Positions 14,514 to 27,899 of a DNA stretch of 64,000 bases are shown here, piece by piece. The notes under the pieces are model-generated. The model was not told the DNA's origin and made no database searches. It saw only the letters and a program-made list of their open reading frames with translations. The translations under genes and the position numbers were made by a program. The stretch's first letter is position 1. The number at the start of each line of letters is the position of its first letter. Source of the stretch: Nageia nagi. Lineage: Eukaryota > Plantae > Pinophyta. The stretch is from assembly GCA_050084985.1 (NCBI GenBank), contig JBITNC010000001.1, positions 119,288,001 through 119,352,000 of the forward strand, given 5' to 3'.

Positions 14514-15416
14514 TGTTATCCCAAAAAAGTAACCTATTATCAAATAAGATAAACATACATTTAATATCAATGTATATTTTATTACTTTCTAAGGTAACCT
14601 CAATTTTACAATGTGGATCCATAGATCCGATGCCTTGTTAGGGAAGGCTTTTGATACAAGCTAGGTTTTCAACCTCTTTGGGCTTTATAGAGTCACTAAA
14701 AATCAAGTTGAGTCATTGACATTTGTCTTCAATCGTTGGCATCTAATGTAAATTGATAGAATTTTTGCACTTAAGTTTTACGGAAGGATTTTTGTCTCTC
14801 TTTCTCTTTTGTGTAATCTCTCTTATGGAATCTAGATGGCTCTTATTTTGATTTATTTTAGTTTCTCAAATCTTTAGATCTTGTGGAACCTATACACATG
14901 CCAAAATAATATATCAAATATACTTGTTCATAGAAAAATATTCAATATGCACTACATAAGACATAACATTCATAAAATAAATCAATCTCACAATAAGTCC
15001 TAGAAATATTTTGGCAGCATAAGTTTACTTTGAAAAGGTGTCCCTTCACTCAAGGTATGAGGTTGTATTTATAGATTCTTGAGTTTGTTTGATTTGTTAA
15101 TTTTAGAACTCAAAATTTGGGTTCAAAGATGATCTAGAATCCTAAATAGATTTGGTCATCAATTTCACACTTGTAGGATAGAGTTCAATACATGTATCAT
15201 CCATATTTTGAGCTATGGATGAACATGGCTTGTAACTTATTTTAGCTTTGCTAAATAAAAAATCATCAATGATTAGGTATTGAACATTAAATACTGAGAT
15301 GAATCACTAGAAACCCAATCCAATCATTTGAGATTATGATTTTCTATAGTTTGTGCTAAATGTTTTAGTCCCTTATTGATTGACTTTTGAATGAGGGTCA
15401 TTTTTAGGTGTCAATA
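14514..15416 (-). repeat. R3 3' LTR
   Basis: Colinear with 32693-33594 and preceded on the minus strand by the PPT. Confidence 0.93.
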
Positions 15417-16089
15417 TTTTGCCCCTTTTTAAATTATCAATTGTTAGAAGTAGTTGATAATTCAAAAACAAAGATGGTTGTGTGCAAGTTTTTGGGCTTG
15501 ACAATTCAACTCTAGGATTGGTATTTAAAATTGACTTATTCTCTTGAGTAAGTCAAGTTCGATTGATTGAATCATGGTTAAAAATATTTTCATCTTTTTC
15601 TCTTGATACATTTTGAAAACTATTGAAATATATACCAAAACATTGCTTAAATTGACCATACATAGTGTATGCTTGTTATGATAGTTGTATGTTGATACTC
15701 TTGTTCATCTCTACATGTCGAAGTGAGTTTGCATAGTTAAGCTTAGTTTTTTGTATATCAATTTGATTTTAATAGTACTACCTTTTATCCTAGCAATGAG
15801 GTTTCATGATAATCTTATGCAAAAGATTATTCCATTTTAAAATCATGTTCAATTTTTCAAAGTCTAAAATATTGAATAAGCTTAAGTCTTTTTCATTCAT
15901 GTGGCCTGGAGTAAATTTCTAAGATAAGGACTTGTTTAATGTCAATTTATTATGTTCCAATAATAGGAAGAATATTATATTTTCAACCTTATTTTCATTC
16001 ATGGAAGGAGGGTTATATTATCATTTTCCCTTTTTTTTTAGAAGTAAGGGTAAATGGATTTCTATTTTTTTGTAAAAGTTTTTATATTT

Positions 16090-16128
<39 letters not shown>

Positions 16129-16549
16129 TACTTCAAGCAATCACTAGTGTTTGGGAAGAATCATTGATGTCCATCCTCAATCACTAGCATTTCAAAGTGC
16201 AAGGGGGATAAAAAGGAAAAATTGACTATCATTTTCTTATTTGCTTTCTTAAGCTAGAGTACTTGTCATCTTGCTACTCATGTTCCTTTTGACTTTTGAC
16301 CACTATTTTAGCTACCATTTGCATGTAAGGGCCAACATTCATCCTTGATGATGACCAACTAGTTAGAGAAGACCAATCTGGGAGAAGGTAGGGTTTTCTA
16401 AACATTCATTTTTTATTTTTTTTCTTGTAAGTAATATTTTATCTATCAATTCTTAAAATAAAAATTGTAGGAGTCCTTATTTTTTGTATTTAGAGCATTT
16501 TCAACTATTTATTTTTTTATTTTTAACTTATATTTTTAGCTTTTTGAAA

Positions 16550-18660
16550 ATGTTAGAAACTCATATCCATAATCATTGGCTAGGATTGAGGTAGTAGAAT
16601 CATTAGTATTCAAGGTTGGATGTTGGTGACCTTGCAATCAGGTTTCTTGATCATCAACATTTGACTTTAGGTCATCAACGTTTTTTTTACTTATGCAATT
16701 TTTATTTTTAGGTTCATGATGTATTCAAGCCATAAGGACAATATCCTTTGATTCTGTAAGAGGGATGTTAGTTTCTTACTATCATAGACCATGCATTTTT
16801 CTAGATAGTTGGTTTTGGAGTGGGACCCTTCATGGATTGAATTCATTAGGAGTAACCTTTGTTGGATGCTCTTCTTGAGAGGTGGGATTCTATCACTTCC
16901 ACCTTTCATCTCTCAATAAGGGAGATTATGATCATAATGGAGGATATGCATCATCTATATCACTTTCATTTTCATGGATGTAGGATTCAACATATAGTGG
17001 ATAGGGATGGTGCATTGCTAGATATCTCTCATTTGTATGGAGTAGATAAGGTGGATGTTATCACTTCAAAGATTAGTTTAAGGGCCATCTATTACAAGTA
17101 GTACTAGATGGAGGATTAGTAAGGTAGTATTATATTTTCATATTTGATGGGGTTGATTCAGTGCTACACTCTTCAAGAAACTAGAAGTGGTAGATTTTCA
17201 TGATCCTTGTTATCCATTATTGTAGATATGGTCCATCATGGGATAGTTTATACATGGGCACCTACTTTACTAGCTCATATTTATAGAGATTTATTCTTCT
17301 ATTCTTAGGTTCATCAAGCTTCATTATTAGTGATGATCACTTTATAGTCATGGTATTATGAGTATATTTCAATTATTCACCCCATAGGATTACATGTTCC
17401 TAATTTTTCCATCCTTGTTGAGTATCTAGCTAGCATCTAAGGTGGAGGGATGAATTTTAATTACATTAAACAAATGGAGTCCATAGGGATGTAAGATTTT
17501 ATAGAGATATGTTATCCCATATAGTGTCTGATCATGTCTGATTCAAGTCATACTATCTATAGCTAGCATGGGATGAGCTCAAGTCTGAGTTGACATGTAT
17601 TCATTAGGTGAGGGTCTTGAGTGATAGGAGGATTGAGTTCCTAAAGTACTTTCATTTTGAGTGTGTGAGGCACTAGTTTTTATTGGTTTAGGATATGCAC
17701 CCCAATCCAATGAGATATCAATGAGAGGGCACCCTTCTAGTTATGAAATATAGAACTTGGTGTATGCAAAACCAAACCCTACTCAAGAGGAGGATATTAA
17801 AGAATAGTCTACTAAGGATTATTTTGGATTGAATGAGGCTTTTGCTTCCTGGTAGAGTTAGAGGAGATGAGTGAGGAGGCTCAAGAGTGTTGGGTACATC
17901 AATAGGTAGATTTTGAGGAGGGTATGGTAGAGGAGATTGGAGTAGATCCTATAATGGATATCCTTTAGGAGGTTGAGCTAGAGATTGTAGTTGATGTTCT
18001 TAAGAGATCCATATAGGGTGAGGAGGATGCTACTTAGGGTGAGGAGGGAGACATAGGAGGAGATGAGGTACCTCCACCCTAGGTGCCCAATATTGATTCC
18101 TTTTTAGGTGATATATATGAGTTGCAATATCAACTAGCTCAAGATAACTCACATCATTATTGATATAAGGCTAAGTAGGATTGCTACAAGCTAGAGAAGG
18201 ATGAGTCTTGTGCCACCATCCAAAGGTTTTAGGAGTAGTAGATAGGTATAGTGAGCTCTTTTATGGGGGTAGATAATTACTCCTTATATTTTATGTGAGG
18301 CATTTGTATTCAGAGGGATTTTTATATGAATATAGTGCATACTTAACTGAGTGATGTTTTAGCATTCAATTTAGGTGGTTAATATCCTCTCCCTCTTAGT
18401 GGATATGTTCCCATTGATATTAGTACACATGCAGTGGCTACAACTAATGGAGCTCAAGGGACTATCAACATGTAGGGTAGACCATTCAGACCAACTTTTT
18501 CCCATAGTAAGAGTGTAACTACAAGCGTATCATCTCATCATCCTATAGGTTCTTCTAAATTATGTAGGGCTAAATGAGAGGTTAGTCCTAGTGGATCAAT
18601 TAGCACTACTCATCTAGGTTGAGGTACTAGAGAGAGAAGAGGTCAAGATGAGGGTGGTTC
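16550..18660 (+). pseudogene. Aminotransferase-like plant mobile domain (PMD) gene, antisense within R3
   Basis: LLDALLERWDSITSTFHLSIREIMIIMEDM (16859 ORF), YTWAPTLLAHIYRDL at about 17250, WYYEYI at about 17350, then an acidic / coiled-coil tail. Confidence 0.85.
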
Positions 18661-18807
18661 ATGAGGATGCCCTAGAGTTTGTCATATTTTCCATGATGAT
18701 GTTATTTTATAGACTACATGGATTTGACTTTACTTATTTTTGGGATCATGGAGGGCATGATCTAGCTTCATGGATGGACATGATTAGTTTTTGATAAATT
18801 GACATAT

Positions 18808-18879
<72 letters not shown>

Positions 18880-20999
18880 TTGATGATGATGATATTAATG
18901 TTACTTTTATAATAATTCTAATGATTATTGATGATGATATTTTGTGCATATTTATAGTTTTGTACTCATGATGTATGCCTATTGATGACATGTTTTCCAA
19001 TATGTATGAGTTAGGGATTTGGTATTTTTATTATTAATGAAATGATATGCATTGTTGATGATTAGTTGTTCAAGTTATTTAGATGGATTATTTATAGCTT
19101 GAAGTTAATTGATGCATATGGAGTATTTTTTTTTTTGGAACAATATTTTATTTATAGTAGTATGAAATAAGATTGCATAATTTTTCATTCTTGGCTATTT
19201 CTACAGATGGTTGATGTACACATATGACAAGTTATAGATAAAAAAATATAATGAAACAATGAATGAAATATTTATGGAAATAGGAATATATGAATGTGTA
19301 AAATTAATAAACATGTGGTAAAATATGAACATTGGATTTCAATCTAATAGGATAAGTAGATGATAATATATAAATATTTGATCATGAAAATGGATAAGTA
19401 AGTGAATGATATAACCATACAAATGTCAAACATAACATGTCAATAACTCGCCAAGATTATAATAATAATGTATACATCATGAAGTGGGATATATAGATAA
19501 TATAACAAAGAAGTGTAATAAATAAGATATTCAATCATTTATTTCATCTATTAAGGATGATATAAAATAAGGTTATAATACACATAGGTATATTGTGAAC
19601 TCTTGTGTGGGAAATGATTTTCATATCCTTCTCTTGGCACTCACTAACTTAATGTTTCATGAGCATAATATATGTAAATTAATTCATCTATATGAAATGT
19701 ACATTGATGCACTATTAGGAATGGACATGTCACCACCTAGTAAGGTATACCCCACTACCAAAAAGGCATCCATAGCCTTGATAAAAGGATATTGTAATCA
19801 CCCAAGAATTCTACTTGTCTCTTCTTTGTTTTTAAATTTTGCTCTTTCTTTCTTTTTCTAAATCCTATCTCTTTGGTTCAAGATGAAGCAAAATAATAGG
19901 ATGAATAATTACTCAACATTATGTTCAAGCAACATCTAGCTTTTAATTATTTTGATATTTTAAGTGTAAAAATATGCATGAGTTCATAATATCTTGATGA
20001 TGTATCATAGTTATATTCATTTATCACCTGAAGTTTTAGAAACTTCACATTAGATGCTTTGACCAAATCAAATATGAATATTATATTCATAAAACACTTC
20101 CTTATTTCTAAGTACAACTCTTTATGTGGATAGTATATGGATAGATGGATGATATATATAGCTTGATGAGTCATAACATTACCATGTTTGATGCTCAATA
20201 GTTTTATCACTCATAGATGATGAGTAATACAAAGTAAATATAATACAATGACATAGATACAATGGAAAGCTCACCCAATAGCTAAGATGCTTTAAAAATA
20301 TAATTTTCAAGTATATACATACATATAGAGTTTTTTTTGTATTTTTTAATTTTTTTTTGAGTTTTTTTCTTTTAATCTTCATTTGACTCATCAAAGAGAA
20401 ACCTATGTTGTATGTAGATTTGCAAAAATTGATGATGGTAAATGGTGTGAAAATGATAAAATGTATAAAGGGTATGATTGATATGCTAATAGGTATGGTC
20501 ACATGTTATTATGGAGAAAAGTATAGTATCCTAATGGAATATATTTTGTGACATAATGTGAGTTATGGTAAGTGGATCAAATGACACTTTATGGTGTATA
20601 GATGGTGGAATGAGAAATAAAATGAACTTGCATATGAAGGTATTCACATTTCCATTAAGTGTTATTCTCCAAATTAACCTTAGAAAATACAATAAGTTCA
20701 TTAATATTTTGAGGAATTATTCATCATGTATGCCATAAACAAAATAGGTTCCCTAACATGGTTCATGGTTTATCACAATACCCACATCCATAGAGTTTTC
20801 TAGGTCATAAAAGGCTTGATTATATTTTTCAAGAACATTTGAGATATTACCATGGATAGGATTTTGTGTTGGATGCTTTTGAGTAAATCATGAAATAGGT
20901 CAAGACCCACATTTTTTTGATAGACCTTTATGTCAATGGGTAAATGTGCAATGAAAATGTAAAGTGATAGGTTACAGTAACTCTTAGCTGGTGGGTAGA

Positions 21000-22650
21000 A
21001 TTTGGATAGGATTAGATGCACATTGAGAGGTCAATTTGAAAACACAATTTGGATAAATCATGATGTCAAAAGTGAATGCCTACTTATAATTAATGATAAT
21101 AAAATTTGGAGAATAAAACTAAAAATGTGACCTAATGCAATGACAAATTATAAAAATTTTGATTATTTTTTTGGACATAAAGGATTAATATATTATTCTT
21201 GGATTACATTTTGAAAGAGGTTTTTTATGAATAGTCCATCATCCATGGATAAAAAATAATGAAACAAAGGTTTCAATAAAATATGCACATGACTTGATCC
21301 AAGAATTGAATGTCAAGAATGGGTAGGATAATATATTATTGTAGAGGGTGGTACTAGTTTTGGCATGAACTTTTAATAGCCCTTTTTGGTTTAAAAGATG
21401 TACTTTCATCATTCACCTTAGGAGGAAGTATAAAAGGGTGTATATATGGAGTATGTGGTTATTTTGGTAATGATGTATTTTGGGAAAATAAATTTTGATG
21501 GTAGTGGTGGAATCCTTAGGAAAAGGCTTTATTCTTTCGATTGATCTATTCTTATCAAGATGTTGCTTAATTTGTCCAAATCATTCTTTCACATTCAAAG
21601 GAATATTTAGATAGTAATATTTATTTAATAATGAACTATAATTGAATTAAATTTCATCATTTTTGAGGGAATGCAAGATGTAATCCAAGGTATGCTCATG
21701 AATTACCTCCATTCAAGAGATGGTGTATTCCATGAACCTAAAGGTAACATAGTCAACATAATTCGATAATATTATAGGTTTATCATAGGGCCAATGTATC
21801 TGAAAAATATGGAGTGAAATTATTTTAGACTAGTGTTCCATCCAAAACTCTTTTGATTCCATTTCAATGACAACCTTTAAACATTTAGGTATAGTGACTA
21901 GGCATTTGATTAAATGATTCTCATAATATTCCATGCCATGGCAATGAACTTTTGAATCTTTTTTGGTAGGGATAAAAAATAAGAAATAAGTGTAGAGGGA
22001 TTTATTTGTAATAGATTTATATAGGAATATCCTCTATATCTATCCATAATATTTTGATTGGCATAATCAAATTGGAATTGTGTTGAGTGAAAACCTCTTG
22101 ATGACTATCTTACAAGGGATCTCTTTTGAATGTTACGAGATGGAGGACAAGGAAACCTTGATTTTAAATGAACAAAGTGTTGTTTGATTTTCTTCTCAAT
22201 TCTTTTTAACCTCCTATGTTTGGGTACAAATGTAGGAGAAAAATCACATACTAGCTTTTGATGGTACAAATGTCCTACAAGATGATTTATCTAGTACAAA
22301 ACCAAGCCTAAATTATCAAGGGTGTACATGGCAATGTCCAAGATCCAGTATAAGTTTAGGGACTATAGTTGGCCAATATATACATAATAGGATTATTTTA
22401 TATATATATTTTTTATAGTTCCAAAAACCTAAGAAGTATTTAGCTTGGTCTATATGAATTTTAGCATCATCTCCTTTGATATATACTTCCCACTCGTCAT
22501 ACTTTATTGGATAATAGCTCAAAGCTATATTATTTTGTATTTCAATAGGTAGCTATAGAAAGTTTCAAGATCCTTGGAAGGTAAATCTTGAAATTTGTGA
22601 TAAAGTTCTATCCCCTAAGTATCAAGGCATCTTAAACCATAATTTTTACA
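21000..22650 (-). pseudogene. Extra decayed sense-strand ORF 3' of R3 integrase, weakly integrase-like
   Basis: KIILLCIYWPTI (ORF 22316-22522) and FHSIFFRYIGP..VDYVT at about 21820-21740 echo integrase motifs. Similarity is weak. Confidence 0.35.
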
Positions 22651-22829
22651 AAATTCCTCTTTTCTCCAACAGTACATGCACACTTTTACTCCTCTTGATC
22701 CCAATTTCTATCTAATTTAAATGTATTTAGTAGTTCATTGTACTATATTCTCCTAATTATATCCACACTATATACAAGTTAAAAGATAAAAGTTTTTAAC
22801 TATAAAAAAAATGAATATGTGTGATATGT

Positions 22830-25800
22830 ATAGGATCATGCTCTTTGTTCCCTTGTATATCATCTAATTGGTAAGCTTCTGATCCAATTTTGTTTTTAAC
22901 AACATATGGTCCAAGCCATTTTTGGGAAAATTTATCATGACTATAATTCCATTAGATAGGTTTGTTGATTTTATTTAAGTACTAAGTCTCTTATATTGAA
23001 TTCAAAAATTTTGCTTTCTTATCAAAGGCTATTTTTATTTGGTTTTGATATGTTCTCATATGTTCCAAGGCATGGATTTATCTTTCATCTAGTAGAGGGA
23101 GTTGATCCAACCTTATCTGGTGGGCTACTTCATTAGTTATATAATATTGCAAAGACAAATTTAGGGAAGGGATTTTAATTTCTAAGTGTAATATTTCTTT
23201 TTTATCATAAACCAAGGATAGGGTGTTTCCTCAATAGGAGTTTTAATTCTTGTAGGATACACCCATAGAGCATGGGGAATTATCACATGCAAATATCTAT
23301 GAGAGTTATTAACAATTTTCAATAGAATACTTCCAATGGTTTAATTTATCACCTCAACTTGGCCATTTCCATAGGGATAGTAAGGAGTTGAAAAAATAAT
23401 CCTAATGTGATAACCTTTGCACAAGGCTAACACTTCCTTATTTTTAAATTTTTTTCCATTATTCATCACTATTTGAGTAGGAATTTCAAAGCGACATATG
23501 ATATGATGTTCTATGAATTTTGCTATCTTAGGTCCTTTAGTTGAAATTATGGGAATAACTTCCACCTATTTAGTGAAGTATTCTATCACTGTAATTATGA
23601 ACTTATGACCTCCTAATGATGTGGGCAAACTTTTTCCTATCAAATCTAATGCCTACCTTGAAAATGACCATAAGGATTGCATGGGTGTTAAGGCTTGAGA
23701 TGGTTGAATATATAAATTAGCATGTTGCTAAAAATTAAAGCAATTTTAATATATTTAATATAATCATGTTTTATTTTAATCCAATAGTATCGCATGCGCA
23801 TCAATCTCTTTGTGATAGTGGAACCAATGAAGTGTCCTTCACATATCCAATTATGTGCATATGAGATATCTATTTATGAATCATCCCATTCTAAACATAT
23901 TAGTAGTTTTCCATCAAAATCCCTATGGTACAACACATCTCCTAACATGCAATAAGAAGAAGCTTTTATATTGAAAGCATTTTTGTCTAACTTAGTTAGG
24001 TCTTTTGGTATGACTCCATCTCTTAGAAATTTAACTAGTTGGCCATGCCATAGATTCTTACCTTCCATGGTAATGTACAAAACTTCATAAGATTATTCAT
24101 TTTCATCTAATTAATATTTATTAATTTGAACCATTTTAATGTTAATAATACATTATGAGTATCTTATGGTGTGAGTGATCTAATTGATGCCATAGCATTA
24201 GCAAACCTATTAGTTGATCTAGGAGCTATATCTAATTCATATTTTTTTAAATGTTGTAATAACAAATCAACTAATTTCTTATACTTATGAATTAAAGGCT
24301 CCTTAAACTAAAATATTACCTTAACTTGATTTACTATTAATAATGAATCACCAATGAATTTTTACTCTTTCATTTTTAATTTTATGGCAATCTTCATGGA
24401 TAGTATTAAAGCTTTGTATTTAGAGTTATTATTTGTATAAAGAAAATTTAGTTTAAAATAATAGAGAATGGGTACTCCTTGTGGCATGAAAAATAGAATA
24501 CCAATGCCTTCACTTTTTCACATCTAGACCTATCAAAATAAATGATCATGTCCCAATCCTCTTTAGGTTCCATAGGGAGTTATGTTTCATCTACATGAAA
24601 TACATGTTCATCGGTAATTCAATTACAAGTGGTTTATCATCCTCTAATAGGGCTTTTGCAAGGTAATCTACTATAACTTGACCTTTTATATAATTTTAAC
24701 TAATAAAATGTAGATCAAACTCTATTAAATGCATGATCCACTTGGATATTCTTGTATTTTGATATATCTTGCTCATCATATATTTTAGTGGATATGCTTT
24801 GGCAATCACATAAGTTGTATGGTTAAGCATATAATGTGTAAGAGTTTTTGTTGTAAACACCACAACTAGGCATAATTTTTAGTGTATATATACTTTATTT
24901 CATAGTTAATTAAGGTTTTACTAAGATAATATATAGCTTATTCTTTGTTATTTTTATTCTTTTATGCAAGCATGGTACCTAAGTAATTTTGATGGCTAAT
25001 GAATATAGTAGAAATGGTTCTCCTTCTTTAGGAGGAATCAATAGTGCTAGTGATAAGAGATAACATTTTATTTCATTAAATGCCTCTTTATTTTCTTTAC
25101 CCTAGTGGAAAGTAATTCCCTTTTTTAATAATTTATTAAAAGGCTTACATTTGTTAGACAATTGAGATATAAAATACCTAATTGCTTGCAATTTTGCTTA
25201 TAAGCTTTGCAATTATTTTATACTCAAAGAAGGAGGCATATATATTATAGCTCTTATTTTTTCAAGTTATACTTCTATTCAATGCCTAGATACAATGAAA
25301 CCTAATAAATTTCCATAATTAACTTTGAACATGCACTACTTAGGATTTAATCTCACATTATGTTTTAGCAATCTATCAAAGATTTTAATGAGAACTTTTG
25401 GAATTTGATAAGTTTTGTCCAACATTCTTCAAACCAAAGGGCATCACTTTATAACAAAAGGTACCCCATGGAGTGATAAAGTTTATCTTATATTAGTCCT
25501 CTATAGCTACCCTTATCTAATTATATCCAAAGACTCCATCCAGTAATGAAAGCATCTCATGTACAGCCATAGAATATACTAAATTATTGATATTTGGAAG
25601 AGGAAAATCCTCTTTTGAACATGCCTTGTTTAAGTCTCTAAAGTCCATGAAATTCAAAATTTTCCATTAGTTTTTTTAACTAGAACCATGTTGGAAATCC
25701 AATCTGAATAGTTAATAGGTTGGATAAACTTTACTTCTAATAACTTTTGAAATTCTTCTTTCACCATTAAAGCAATTGTAGGATGCATTTTCTTTAGTTT

Positions 25801-27700
25801 TTTCTTAACAACTTAAGCATCTTCCTTCATTCCTAAGTTGTGTACAACTAACTTTGAATTTAGTACAGGCATATCCACATAAGATGATGCAAATACCTTT
25901 TGTTTCTCTTTTAGACTAGTTATCCATTATTTCTCTTTTAGAATGGTTATCCATTATTTCCCCTACTAGCATATGGGATCCATCTTCTAACTAATTAGGC
26001 ATAGGGACCCAATGCTTATCATTCATATTATATTCCTCATCTTCACCAATATTTTGCTTGATTAAATTGTATTTATAGTTGGTTCCATCATTCGAAATGT
26101 AATATTTATGTATTTGAATTCTTGTATGGTAGGGTTCTTAGAAATGAGTGAAAAGTTTGCAGTGTCTTCATTAATTGCAAATAGTTCCTCATTTCTATAT
26201 CATTCTAAAGTAATTTTCTTTTCTTACTTATTAGGTATTTCATCAATTTGCACCATGTTGAATGAGATGATATTAGAAGATAGGTATTAAGGGATTGTCA
26301 CTTCTAATTTTATTTCACTTTTGATGGACCCCCATTTATAATCTTGGACTAATTATTCATAATCAAGGGTTTCTAGTTCTAGATCAACTATTTCCACTGA
26401 ATATTAATTCTTTTTCTTTTCTTTATATCCAATTTCTATTTTATCTGTTGGTAGTTGATAGTAAATATCAATGACATACCTAGGTCCTTATTCATAATGT
26501 CCAAGGCCATACTCTTTCCACTAACATCTACGAAAATATTTTTAAATAAAAGACCACATAAAAGGAGAAAGGTAATCCAACATATTACAAAATACACCTT
26601 CATTAGGTTCAAGTAAAGGGATTTTTTTAGGTTCCTTAGCTCCCACATATACAAAAAATGTTTAATTAGATTTTCTCCCTAATGGTACTAATTACCCTAC
26701 CATACAAGGAGATTGACTACATCATCCCATATATTGAGCAGAAGGAATATTGAATATGATGTCATTGATATCATATTCTCCAATTCCTAAGTCAGATAAT
26801 TACATCATTACTAATAAATATTTGATGATTTATCTTCATTAATTTCAACATCTTGAGATGATACATTTACTTGAGATGAACTTTTTGAAGAAGAATCTTC
26901 ATTCAATTCATATAACTTCTTAGCTCTTTATTCCCAAGATTTCTTCTCTTGTGATGTAACTATTAACTTTGGTTGTAAGAAAATATTCTCTTCTTGACTA
27001 TGATTACATGGATTAGGTTGGTTTATAATTTACTTATCTTTTAACACATTAGAAATATTGCCATTTTATAAGAATCAACCATCAAGGGTTCACTTTTTGG
27101 TATGGGTATTGTAAAAAAGTGAGTAGATGGCAAGCCTATATTATTAGGAAAATGAGTAGTATTATAATGTGAATATGAATTCTCATCTCTAAGGACACAA
27201 TGTACTACCCCTTCATCAATAAAATTCAAACACTTATGATATATAGATGGAACACACTACATATCTTTAATCCATGGTCTCCCTAAGAGAATATTATATT
27301 ATGTAATATCCCCTTCAATTACTTGTAGTAATATTTGCATATTTTTCATTCCTATAGTGATGGGTAATGAAATTAATCCCACCATTGAACATAAAGCATC
27401 ATTGAATGCTTTAAGTTTTAGAGAAGGTGCATAAATATGGGAAAAGGAAGATTCAAATTCTTGTATGTAGTTGTGGAAATAATGTTTATAGTTGACCCTT
27501 CATCAACTAAAATTCTTTTAAATGTTTTTTCATAAACCTTAGCTATAGTATGCAAGGGTGGATCTAAATTTTGTGTCCCATTATAATATTTTATTTCATG
27601 ATCATAAAGGGTTATTACAAGCTTTTGGCTTACTTTAACATTTCCCATAAAAGTTGTAAAACTTTTAGGATCATTAATATCCAACTAAAATGATTGCAAC
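22830..27700 (-). pseudogene. R3 pol: protease, RT, RNase H, archaeal-type RNase H, integrase
   Basis: ILVDEGSTINII (PR, 27418-27684), WGTFCYKVMPFGLKN (RT, about 25470), aRH at about 24190-24570, IICRFEIPTQIVMNNG..STPYYPYGNGQVE (INT, 23341-23565), WLGPY at about 22910. Confidence 0.92.
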
Positions 27701-27899
27701 AACTGATTCATGGCATCTCTATGATCCTTGGATTGTTGTAACAAATCAAATAAGGATAAATTATGATTTTTTTAGTTGTTGTTGCAAAGCACCTTTTACA
27801 AACACTTTTGGTGATTAGGGTCTTGGTATGTGTGCTTACACATGAACTTTATCTTATTGATTGTTTGACACATTTTGCTTTCCTTAGATCTTTTGAGCT

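Noticed and set aside
15939-20502. Short ORFs in the track such as 15939-16187, 18746-19000, 19947-20210 and 20179-20502
   Set aside because: Low-complexity I/Y/F/K peptides from AT-rich or (TA)n DNA, or antisense shadows of the PMD gene. No motif support.
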